In this document: positions 8,362 to 16,381 of the stretch, one piece after another | Layout: each line of letters begins with the position of its first letter | Position numbering within the stretch: the stretch's first letter is position 1 | DNA from: Candidatus Sysuimicrobiota bacterium CSP1-3 | GTDB lineage: Bacteria; Sysuimicrobiota; Sysuimicrobiia; Sysuimicrobiales; Humicultoraceae | Direction: 5' to 3' | Assembly: GCA_001443485.1 (NCBI GenBank) | Contig: LDXQ01000005.1 | Span: 1-51,580, forward strand | DNA: 51,580 nucleotides | Program-made: the position numbers and the translations under genes | The notes under the pieces: model-generated | Told to the model about the DNA's origin: nothing | Seen by the model: the letters and a program-made list of their open reading frames with translations, nothing else | The model's database searches: none

Positions 8362-9503
8362 GGTTGGGGCGGTATGAACTTACTCTGGAGCCACGGCCCG
8401 CTGTCTCTGCGGTCTACACCGTCCTGACGGCGGTCGTGGCCATCCTGCTGGCCCTCGCGCTCTCCAGCTTCCTCTTCCTCTCCGCCGACGCCAGCCTCCT
8501 CGGGGCGTATCGGGCCGTGTTCTCGTACGCCTTCTTCAACCCCCGCGGCATCCTCGCCACCGTCCAGCGCGCCATCTATCTCCTGTTCTGCACCTACGCC
8601 TTCCTCGTGCCCCTCCGCGCCGGCCTCTGGAACATCGGCCTCCCGGGCCAGGTCTTTGCCGGGGCGCTGGCGGCGTTCGCGGTCCCCTTCGTCCTCCGCG
8701 CGCAGGAGGCCCAGACGCTGGCCCTGGCGCCTGGGCTCCTCATCCTGCTCATGGTCGCGGCCGCTGCCGCGGCGGGTGCGATGTTGGGCGGCTTCGCCGG
8801 CCTCCTCCGCGCCCGGCTCCAGGTGAACGAGATCCTCGTCACGATGATGCTGAACTCGATCCTTTTCTGGCTTGTCGCGTATATGATCAAGGAGGGCGGG
8901 CCCTTCATGGGTGCCACGGCCGAAGGGGAGGGCTTTACTCTCCCAGCCCCGTTGACCGCGCCCCTCCTGCGGGGCGTGCCCTTCACGGCCGCGCTTGCGC
9001 TTGGCGCAGCGGTCCTCCTCGACCTGCTCTTTGCCAAGACGGCGCTCGGATATCGGATCCGGGCCTTCGGCGAGAATCCCGCCGCCGCGCGCTACGGCGG
9101 CATCAGCCCCGTGGCCCTGTCCCTGTTGGTTTTCCTCCTGGGCGGGGCCTTCGCCGGTCTGGCCGGGTATCACGCTTTCACCGCTGTCCCCGGCGTCTAC
9201 AAGATCCCGGGGAACTACGGCTTCTACGGGGATCTCGCGTTCTACGGCATCATCTCCGCCCTGATCGCGCGTGGGTCTGCCGTCGGAGCAGTACCTATTG
9301 CCGTGCTCTTTGCCGGGCTCTCCCTGGGTGCCCGGTTCGCCCAGGGAGCGCTGCACCTTCCCTTCGGAGTCGACTACGCCCTCCTGGGCCTGCTCATGAT
9401 GACGTTCATCGCCTCCCACGCTCTGTACCAGTTCCGCCTCGCCTGGCGGCGGGTCCCCTCCGAGGTCCTGCAACCCGCTCCGACCGAGCTTCCCGAGGGG
9501 TAG
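8358..9503 (+). CDS. ABC transporter permease (BMP/sugar-type).
   Basis: The start overlaps the upstream stop (GTGA). The protein is multi-TM and hydrophobic throughout. Confidence 0.8.
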   Translation: MRLGRYELTLEPRPAVSAVYTVLTAVVAILLALALSSFLFLSADASLLGAYRAVFSYAFFNPRGILATVQRAIYLLFCTYAFLVPLRAGLWNIGLPGQVFAGALAAFAVPFVLRAQEAQTLALAPGLLILLMVAAAAAAGAMLGGFAGLLRARLQVNEILVTMMLNSILFWLVAYMIKEGGPFMGATAEGEGFTLPAPLTAPLLRGVPFTAALALGAAVLLDLLFAKTALGYRIRAFGENPAAARYGGISPVALSLLVFLLGGAFAGLAGYHAFTAVPGVYKIPGNYGFYGDLAFYGIISALIARGSAVGAVPIAVLFAGLSLGARFAQGALHLPFGVDYALLGLLMMTFIASHALYQFRLAWRRVPSEVLQPAPTELPEG

Positions 9504-9508
9504 GGTCG

Positions 9509-10384
9509 ATGTGGGACCTCCTTGCCCGAAGCCTGGGAGCGTCAACCATCTTCCTCTTTGCGGCGCTGGGCGAACTCGTCAACCAGCGCTCGGGCGTGCT
9601 CAACGTGGGGCTCGAAGGCCTCATGCTGTTCGGCGGCACCGCGGCCTTCATCACGGCCCAGACCACGGGCAGCTACCCGCTGGGCTTCCTCGCCGGCCTG
9701 ACCATCGGAGGACTCCTCGGCCTTGCCCACGGCTTCTTCTCCATCACCCTGCGCGGCGATCAGGTGGTGAGCGGGATGGGCCTCTGGATCCTCAGTTTCG
9801 GTCTTACCACCTACCTCGGCAGCGCGTACACGGGACCCTTAGGGCTGGCACGAATCCCGAGCCTCATGGGCCTCTCGCCGTTCTTCCTTGTCGGGGTCGC
9901 CCTGGTGGCGATCACCTGGCTGCTCATCTTCAGGACGAGCCTGGGGCTGGCGATCCGGTCCGCGGGAGAGAATCCGGCAGCCGCAGAGGCCTCCGGCATT
10001 TCCGTGGTAGCCATCCGCTACCTGTGCGTCACGGTCGGCGGCGTGCTGGCGGGCCTGTCGGGGGCCACCTATACGCTGTCCTACAACCCGGTGTGGAACT
10101 ACAACTTTCTCATGGGCTGGGGGTTCGTCAGCCTGGCCCTCGTGTTTTTCTCCATGTGGAACCCCTGGATCTTGCTGGCGGGTGCCTCGCTGTTCGGGAT
10201 CATGTGGCAGCTGTCGCTCAGCCCGGAACTCGTCCTCCCCGGGGTTCTGTCTCGGTATGTGTGGAGGACGGTGCCCTTCGCCATCACGATCCCGATTCTG
10301 GTGGTCATCTCCACGCCCTGGTTCCGCACTCGCTGGGGCCTCGCGAAGCCCGAGGCGCTGGGCCGGCCCTACGCGAAGGGTTGA
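9509..10384 (+). CDS. ABC transporter permease (second subunit).
   Basis: It is a multi-TM protein with operon continuity and high GC3. Confidence 0.8.
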   Translation: MWDLLARSLGASTIFLFAALGELVNQRSGVLNVGLEGLMLFGGTAAFITAQTTGSYPLGFLAGLTIGGLLGLAHGFFSITLRGDQVVSGMGLWILSFGLTTYLGSAYTGPLGLARIPSLMGLSPFFLVGVALVAITWLLIFRTSLGLAIRSAGENPAAAEASGISVVAIRYLCVTVGGVLAGLSGATYTLSYNPVWNYNFLMGWGFVSLALVFFSMWNPWILLAGASLFGIMWQLSLSPELVLPGVLSRYVWRTVPFAITIPILVVISTPWFRTRWGLAKPEALGRPYAKG

Positions 10385-10537
10385 GCAGGAGTGGCAGGGC
10401 CCGGCATTTTGGCTCATTGGCGTTGGCTCGGCGTGAAAGCCCGGCTTCCTAGCACGCTGCCGATATCTTGCAAATGCACTGATCGAAACTAAAGGGAATT
10501 CGGCGATACGGAGGCACCCAGGATTGCGGCCAAAACC

Positions 10538-10588
10538 CTGACAGGACGGCACTCTCCGCCACTGGGAGGAACAGGTAGGAACAGCGCC
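10538..10588 (+). repeat. Non-coding repeat family, copy B (core). It abuts the partial tRNA.
   Basis: CTGACAGGACGGCACTCTCCGCCACTGGGAGGAACAGGTAGGAACAGCG. See copy A at 4116-4166. Confidence 0.7.
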
Positions 10589-10594
10589 AATCGA

Positions 10595-10641
10595 CTTCCC
10601 AAGCCGAGGGTCGTGGGTTCAAATCCCATCGCCCGCTCCAG
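10595..10641 (+). repeat. 47-nt direct repeat, copy 2 (orphan 3' half of tRNA-Gly, att-like).
   Basis: It is identical to 3789-3835. No intact 5' half or acceptor-stem partner lies immediately upstream. Confidence 0.9.
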
Positions 10642-10935
10642 AAGCCCCTTCCCGCCCTCACCCTAGAAACTGCTACCGGGTTGCTACCGAAACGGCGCAA
10701 CGGCCCCAGAGTGACCGGACGGACGTAGACCCCTCGTTGCGAACGAGTGCGGGACGCGTCTAGGGCGTTCTCTCGAATCCCCTCCAGTCGCCGGAACCCC
10801 CCGCCGGGACTGGAGAATTCTGTCTCTCCCGTCTACGAAGGGATCACCGAGGAAGCCCGTCCGTGCGTGCCGTGCTTATATGGTGCTATTGGGGGTCACC
10901 TGAGGATCTGGCAGCATCAACCCGGAAGTACGTAG

Positions 10936-11235
10936 GTGCCGCCGAGAACAGGAATGATCCGTCACCCTCCGGAGGTGCCCCAGATGCCGTCGAGAGAACC
11001 GGATTGGGAAACTGAGGAGTTTCTCACAGTCCTGCAGAACTTGCAGCTCTCGGACGAGGAATTGGCACGGAAGGTCAAACGATCTCGTGATGCGGTTTCC
11101 GTCGTAAGAGCGGGAATCCTTGACTACGCGCGAGGGAAGACTCATACGACCCTTCTGAGCGACTTGATGCGCGATCTGATCCGTGGTCGGGAGCACCTAC
11201 TCCCAAAGAAAGCAAAGAAAGATAATCAAGGATAA
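10936..11235 (+). CDS. Hypothetical protein in the lower-GC patch.
   Basis: This 99-aa ORF has visibly lower GC than the flanks. No motif was recognised. It lies in the same frame as the next ORF, separated from it only by a TAA stop. Confidence 0.3.
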   Translation: MPPRTGMIRHPPEVPQMPSREPDWETEEFLTVLQNLQLSDEELARKVKRSRDAVSVVRAGILDYARGKTHTTLLSDLMRDLIRGREHLLPKKAKKDNQG

Positions 11236-11244
11236 CGTGGGACG

Positions 11245-11850
11245 ATGCTCGCTGACTATGACAGGATTGACCGTGACACCCGCGAGTTGACCCGTCTGAT
11301 GTCGGAGGCTCGCCGCGCCCATGTCAGGACAGCCATAGGAACGGACATGTCGATGTCCCCGCAAGGGCGTGAGGCGATTGCGCTGACCGGGCGCGTCGTT
11401 GGGCCAGGTACGTTTGCGGCGATGCCCGATGGAGAGGCTGCCATCGCGCCCGTTGAGGGGACAGCGGAGGGGACAGTCGTCGTAGAGCACACCATGGACA
11501 ATCTCGGCCTCCTTGATGCACCAATCCGGATGGAGGTGCGAGCAGGCCGGGTGATTGGCATCCCGGGAGGAGCGTCTGCGGCGAGCCTACAAGCTTTGTT
11601 AGCCTCAGCAGACGAGAACGCACGGAATATCGCTGAGTTCGCCATTGGCACAAACGATCAGGCTCGGCTGATTGGGTCGATGATGGAGGACAAGAAGTAT
11701 CGAGGATCTGTGCACGTTGGCCTCGGCAACAATCATGTCATTGGAGGGACGGTGGTGAGCTCGCTCCATTTGGATGGTCTTGTATTGAATCCGACCGTGG
11801 AACTGGATGGCAGGGTTATCGTGGAGAATGGACGGCTGCTCATCGGCTAA
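11245..11850 (+). CDS. M29 (aminopeptidase T/AmpS-like) family protein, C-terminal half only; probably a truncated remnant.
   Basis: '...AEFAIGTNDQARL...MEDKKYRGSVHVGLGNN...GGTVVSSLHLDG' matches the C-terminal metal-binding region of M29 peptidases. It is about half the usual length. Confidence 0.5.
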   Translation: MLADYDRIDRDTRELTRLMSEARRAHVRTAIGTDMSMSPQGREAIALTGRVVGPGTFAAMPDGEAAIAPVEGTAEGTVVVEHTMDNLGLLDAPIRMEVRAGRVIGIPGGASAASLQALLASADENARNIAEFAIGTNDQARLIGSMMEDKKYRGSVHVGLGNNHVIGGTVVSSLHLDGLVLNPTVELDGRVIVENGRLLIG

Positions 11851-11878
11851 GGAGGACTCCTCGACAACAACAATGATG

Positions 11879-11906
11879 AAACGGAGCCCGCGGGTGGGCT
11901 CCGTTT
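11879..11906. terminator. Bidirectional stem-loop between convergent genes.
   Basis: AAACGGAGCCC-gcgggt-GGGCTCCGTTT forms an 11-bp perfect stem with A/T runs on both sides. Confidence 0.7.
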
Positions 11907-11924
11907 CGCGCTGGATGCAGCGAC

Positions 11925-13133
11925 CTATGACACGATCCAGAGGTCCTTCGGAAACCTGCTGATGATTTCGTGTCCCGTCGGCGTCACCACGACCACGTCT
12001 TCCAGAGCGAAGTTCCCGATACGGCCGTCCGGTTGATCCGTGAAGATCGGCTCGACTGTGAGGACCATACCTTCCTCGATCAGCGTCTCGCTGTTGGAAG
12101 CGATGGAAGGGGGCTCGTGCATGTCCAGTCCCACCCCGTGGCCGACACGCTCAATCGGAGCATGGTGGGCCAGTCCCCGCTCCTTGATGACGCCGGCGCA
12201 GGCATTGAAGATCTCTTTGAGCGGCCTCCCCGGACGGATGGCCGCGACGCCGGACTGCTGCGCAGCCAGGTTGCAGTCGAAGAAGGTGCGTTGCTCCAGG
12301 GTTGGTTCGCCGATAGAGGCCATGCGCATGAAGTCCGTCCAGTAGTCTTTGTAGGTCGCCCCCGCGTCGACGATCACAAGGTCTCCCCGCTCCAACGGTT
12401 TGTCAAACGCCTCCACGTTGATCATCCGGTACTTGAGCCGGCCGGATCGGACCATGACGAACCCCGGTTTGTAGTCCGAGCCCGCGAGCCCACGAAACAT
12501 GAGCCCGGCCAGCTCGCGCTCGGTCATCCCTTCCCGCAGGGCAGTGAAGGCGCTGCGGAAAGCTTCCGACGTCGCCTCGCACGCCCCCCGGATGCACTCG
12601 ATCTCCGCCCGCGATTTGATCATGCGCACCTTCCACAGGGCGCCTGACGCATCGACGGCCTGCATGCGCGGCAGGCCTGCGCGCAGCGCATCGAAGTCAG
12701 CCTGGCTCATGCCCATCCGCATCCCGTAACCAAGCTCCAGGCCGATCCGCGCCGCGGTCAGGCCCAACTCCTGCAGGGCCTGCCGGATGGCAAGGATGGG
12801 ATCGCTCGGCGCGGTGGGGACACGCACTCCGCCCCATAGCCTGACGTCCTCGACACAGGACGACTCATAGGCGACGAACTCCAACGACTCCGCCACGACC
12901 AGGACCGGTCCTCGGCTATCCGCAGGGACGATCAGCCCCAGCGGGCGGTGCTTCGACTCCCAGCCGATCGTCTGGATCCCGCTGAAGTACACGACGTTTT
13001 CCTTGGCGGTCAACAGGAGGGCATCGATGGCCTCCTCGGCCATCACCGCACGCATGCGTGCCAGGCGGTGCCGGTACTCCTCAACGGGGAAAGGCGCGTA
13101 GCGTCCGTGCGTCACGACCTGGTGGATCGTCAT
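11925..13133 (-). CDS. M24-family metallopeptidase (Xaa-Pro dipeptidase/creatinase-like).
   Basis: It has a creatinase-type N-terminal domain. The pita-bread ligand context 'VIVDAGATYKDYWTD', 'GHGVGLDMHE', 'VLTVEP' and 'ALED' is present. Confidence 0.8.
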   Translation of the reverse strand: MTIHQVVTHGRYAPFPVEEYRHRLARMRAVMAEEAIDALLLTAKENVVYFSGIQTIGWESKHRPLGLIVPADSRGPVLVVAESLEFVAYESSCVEDVRLWGGVRVPTAPSDPILAIRQALQELGLTAARIGLELGYGMRMGMSQADFDALRAGLPRMQAVDASGALWKVRMIKSRAEIECIRGACEATSEAFRSAFTALREGMTERELAGLMFRGLAGSDYKPGFVMVRSGRLKYRMINVEAFDKPLERGDLVIVDAGATYKDYWTDFMRMASIGEPTLEQRTFFDCNLAAQQSGVAAIRPGRPLKEIFNACAGVIKERGLAHHAPIERVGHGVGLDMHEPPSIASNSETLIEEGMVLTVEPIFTDQPDGRIGNFALEDVVVVTPTGHEIISRFPKDLWIVS

Positions 13134-13136
13134 CGG

Positions 13137-14261
13137 CTATCTCACCTCGAATGTCTCCAGCGTGTGATGCCGCAGTTTGTCCTCGTCGAGCGCGACGCCG
13201 AGGCCCGGACCAGTCGGCACCACCAGACCGCCGTCGCGGAAGTGGAGAGGCTCCGCGGCGACGTCCTCCTCCAGGAGGAACTGGCCATACAGCTCGCAAC
13301 CATAAGTCACCGAGGGAGTGCTGCCGGCGAAGTGCAGCCCCGCGGCCACCCCGATGGGGCCTTCCAGGGCGCCGCCCACATACCCGGCGATCCCGTGAAT
13401 GGCACCGAGATCGCTCATCTTCTTCGCGTTGAGCAATCCGCCTGAGCTGCTCACGTAGATGCTGAAGATCTGGGCGGCGCGGCGTCTGGCGACCTCCACG
13501 GCGCCGAACAGGGTCGTGGCGCTCTCGTCCGCCATGATGGGGAGGACGGTGGCCCGGCTGACCTCCGCCAGGCCGTCCAGATCCCACCAGGCGACCGGTT
13601 GCTCGAAGAACTCCACGTCGTACTTCTCAATGCGTTGCGCTACGCGGATCGCGGTCTTGACATCGTAGGCCTGGTTGGCATCGACCCGGATTCGCACCTG
13701 CGGGCCGGCGGCTTCGCGGATCGCCCGGACCATCTCGACGTCCTCCGTTGGATCGGGCCGGCCGAGCTTTAGTTTCAGGATGCCCCAGCCCTGCGCGATC
13801 TTCTCCGCGGCCTCGCGGGCGCCGGCGTCACCGTCGGTGATGGGGATGGACCACGAGAGCGGCACAGTGTCTCGCACTCGGCCGCCGAGGAGGGTATGCG
13901 CGGGTGTGCCCAGTGCTTTGCCTACCAGGTCGTAGAGGGCGAGGTTCACAGCGCTCTTCGCCCGGTAGTTCCAGGGAACGGCCCGCTCCATGACCTGCTG
14001 GATCCGCTCGATCTCGAATGGGTTCATCCCGCGCACCGCGGGCAGCAGGCGGTCGCGCAGCATGAGCATGACCGTGCCCGGCGACTCACCCTTCAGCGAC
14101 ACCCCAACCATGTGCGGGGCCTCGCCGAGCCCCTCCAGTCCATCGTCCGTGTACAGGCGCAGGATAATGTTCTCCTGCGCGAGTGTCGTGCCGATCGCCA
14201 TCCGGTGCGCCCGCCGGACGGGGATCTTCGTCATGGTGACGACGGCCCGCTCAATGCGCAC
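13137..14261 (-). CDS. Enolase-superfamily enzyme (mandelate racemase/muconate-lactonizing family, epimerase/racemase-like).
   Basis: 'RVDANQAYD', 'FFEQP' and 'IMADES' supply the metal-ligand pattern. The N-terminal capping domain has 'LGEAP'. Confidence 0.8.
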   Translation of the reverse strand: MRIERAVVTMTKIPVRRAHRMAIGTTLAQENIILRLYTDDGLEGLGEAPHMVGVSLKGESPGTVMLMLRDRLLPAVRGMNPFEIERIQQVMERAVPWNYRAKSAVNLALYDLVGKALGTPAHTLLGGRVRDTVPLSWSIPITDGDAGAREAAEKIAQGWGILKLKLGRPDPTEDVEMVRAIREAAGPQVRIRVDANQAYDVKTAIRVAQRIEKYDVEFFEQPVAWWDLDGLAEVSRATVLPIMADESATTLFGAVEVARRRAAQIFSIYVSSSGGLLNAKKMSDLGAIHGIAGYVGGALEGPIGVAAGLHFAGSTPSVTYGCELYGQFLLEEDVAAEPLHFRDGGLVVPTGPGLGVALDEDKLRHHTLETFEVR

Positions 14262-14299
14262 GCCGCGTCCCTCCTCTCATGATGCTCATCTCATGATGC

Positions 14300-15364
14300 T
14301 CATCGCTCCCCTGTTTCCAGGTATCGTTGGAGCGCGGCCCCGCGCAGCCCGGCGATCCCCAGGCGTTCCACCGTCCGGCCGGATGCCCAGTAATCGACGC
14401 CGCGAGCGATGGAGGCGAGCGTGTTCAGCGCATCGTTAATCGGCGTGGGCACGCCGAGCAGCCGGCCCAGCGACGACATGAAGACGCTGCCGTAGGGGAT
14501 GTCCTCATCGATGTAGCGGAAGTGTATGCAATCCCGCAGGCCCATCGGCTCGCCAGGGCTGCGGTAGATTGCGGGGCTGCTCCCGAACTCACGATAGAGG
14601 TCGTCAAGCGAGATCGGCATTAGGCCTGCGGCTGCCTGTAGCGCCATGCGTTCGCGGTCGTGCGCGTCCATCGCCCGCAGCACGGCCTCCGTCATGCCCT
14701 CATTCATCAATGAGAGGGCACCGTCGGCGCGCTCGATGGCGGCGTAGTTCAGGACCATGGGCGCCGGATGGATGATGAAGTTGGGATTGTTCAGACCGGT
14801 GTCCAGCACGTTCTTCGCCTGCAGTGTGCGCAGCAGTGCGCCAAAGTCGCCAAGCCGTTCAACCAGTTCCGGGCTATTGCGCGCGGGAAACGCTGCCGTC
14901 CGCACTGTCCACGGGAAGCGGATCTTGACCTGGGCGGGGCCGATCATGCGAGCCGATTGGGGCAAGGTGGCCGTTTCACCAAGCAGCGGCATCCGGGTGA
15001 GTCCGCCCTCACGCCAGATGCGCGCGACCTCCAGACTGCCGGCCGATCCAGACGCCAGGAGGACGACATGATCGACGCGGACGCGCGGGGCCAGCAGGTG
15101 GGAGAGAGCAGCGTGGGCGTTGGCGACCGTGAAGATCAATAGGAACGCCGCTCGGCCCGCATCGGCGATGTCAGAGGTCAGGTGGGCGATGGGAACGAAT
15201 CCATCGCCCCGGTCGCCGGTGATCTCCAACCCGCCGCGGTCCCGGATCGCCTCCAGGCGCTCTGGCGCGCGGCTGAATAGCGTGACCTCGAGGCCGTGGC
15301 GGGCAAGCACGGCCGCCGCGGCACATCCTCCGGCACCCGCCCCGAGAATTGCGACGTCACCCAT
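14300..15364 (-). CDS. NAD/NADP octopine/nopaline (opine) dehydrogenase family protein, paralog 1.
   Basis: It has the Rossmann motif 'ILGAGAGGCAAA'. The helical domain carries 'NNPNFIIHPAPMVLNYAAIE' and 'YIDEDIPYG'. Confidence 0.8.
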   Translation of the reverse strand: MGDVAILGAGAGGCAAAAVLARHGLEVTLFSRAPERLEAIRDRGGLEITGDRGDGFVPIAHLTSDIADAGRAAFLLIFTVANAHAALSHLLAPRVRVDHVVLLASGSAGSLEVARIWREGGLTRMPLLGETATLPQSARMIGPAQVKIRFPWTVRTAAFPARNSPELVERLGDFGALLRTLQAKNVLDTGLNNPNFIIHPAPMVLNYAAIERADGALSLMNEGMTEAVLRAMDAHDRERMALQAAAGLMPISLDDLYREFGSSPAIYRSPGEPMGLRDCIHFRYIDEDIPYGSVFMSSLGRLLGVPTPINDALNTLASIARGVDYWASGRTVERLGIAGLRGAALQRYLETGER

Positions 15365-15405
15365 TCGAAGATGTCCAGCTATGTGCTAGTCCACGCTTGG
15401 TGCTC

Positions 15406-15420
15406 ATTAAGAAACTTAAT
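15406..15420. promoter_or_regulatory. Candidate operator palindrome in the divergent ODH/iclR intergenic region.
   Basis: ATTAAG-AAA-CTTAAT is a perfect inverted repeat in an AT-rich spacer, about 40 nt upstream of the minus-strand operon start. Confidence 0.3.
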
Positions 15421-15561
15421 TTCTCCCTGATGACCTGATTCTACCTCACGGGAGCGCCGCCGTCACGAGGTACATGGCAGGCGTGGCGGGGCCCAGGTAC
15501 TTGACTCCACTAGCCCCATTGTCTAGCGTATAAGTATCCGATTGAGAACCAATATTCCTAT

Positions 15562-16377
15562 ATGAGAAACGCCGAGTACCCTGTCATCCGGTCGGTACAG
15601 AAGGCGCTCCGCATCCTTCGCGCGTTTGACAACCAGCGGCCAGAGTTCGGTCTGACCGAACTCAGCAATCATTGTGGCTTCCCCAAATCCGTGACCCACA
15701 AACTAGTGCGCACGCTGGCCGACGCCGGGTTTCTCGAGCAGGATCAGGCCACCCGCAGATACCGCATCGGGCCGGTGATCCTGACGGTGGCGGGCACCTA
15801 CCTGGGTACGAATCCGCTCATCCGTGAAGGCACGGCAGTGCTGCACCGACTCGCCGGCACCACGGGCCACACCGCCACGCTCGGGGTGCTGGACCGATCG
15901 GAGGTGCTCTACATCGCCGCCGTAGAGGGGACGCAGGCCGTGAAGGCCAGCGCACGCGTCGGCGATCGCCGTCCTCTGCACGCCACGGCGACGGGCAAGG
16001 TCCTCCTGTCCGGTCTCTCCGAGACCGAGGTAGACAGGCTGCTCGGCCCCGGCCCGCTGCCAGCTCTGACGCGCTCCACGATTACCAATCCTGCTGTCTT
16101 GAAGCAAGAACTGGACGCCGTCCGCAAGGCCGGCGTGGCGTACAACCTGCGGGAGCGCAGCGAGGAGGCATCCGCGATCGCCGCACCGGTGTACGACCAC
16201 ACACGGCGCATCGCCGCCGCGGTCAGCGTAGCATTTCCCGCCACGGTGCAGGATCAGCGCGTCCTGGACGAGCTTACGGCCGGTATGAAGGCACACGCCC
16301 AGGAACTCTCCCGCCGGCTAGGCGCGCCCGATCAGGGTGACGGCCAGGTCGTCACGGCAGGATCATGGAGTCAGTAG
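15562..16377 (+). CDS. IclR-family transcriptional regulator.
   Basis: It has an N-terminal wHTH ('SVQKALRILRAF...LTELSNHCGFPKSVTHKLVRTL') and a C-terminal IclR effector domain. Confidence 0.85.
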   Translation: MRNAEYPVIRSVQKALRILRAFDNQRPEFGLTELSNHCGFPKSVTHKLVRTLADAGFLEQDQATRRYRIGPVILTVAGTYLGTNPLIREGTAVLHRLAGTTGHTATLGVLDRSEVLYIAAVEGTQAVKASARVGDRRPLHATATGKVLLSGLSETEVDRLLGPGPLPALTRSTITNPAVLKQELDAVRKAGVAYNLRERSEEASAIAAPVYDHTRRIAAAVSVAFPATVQDQRVLDELTAGMKAHAQELSRRLGAPDQGDGQVVTAGSWSQ

Positions 16378-16381
16378 ACCG

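Larger units (their letters stand above)
3836..10641. mobile_element. Putative integrase-less genomic islet bounded by tRNA-Gly and a duplicated tRNA 3' half (att-like repeats).
   Basis: Perfect 47-nt direct repeats lie at 3789-3835 and 10595-10641, in the classic tRNA-3'-end integration geometry. No recombinase ORF is recognisable inside. The cargo is a nucleoside-salvage operon. Confidence 0.35.
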
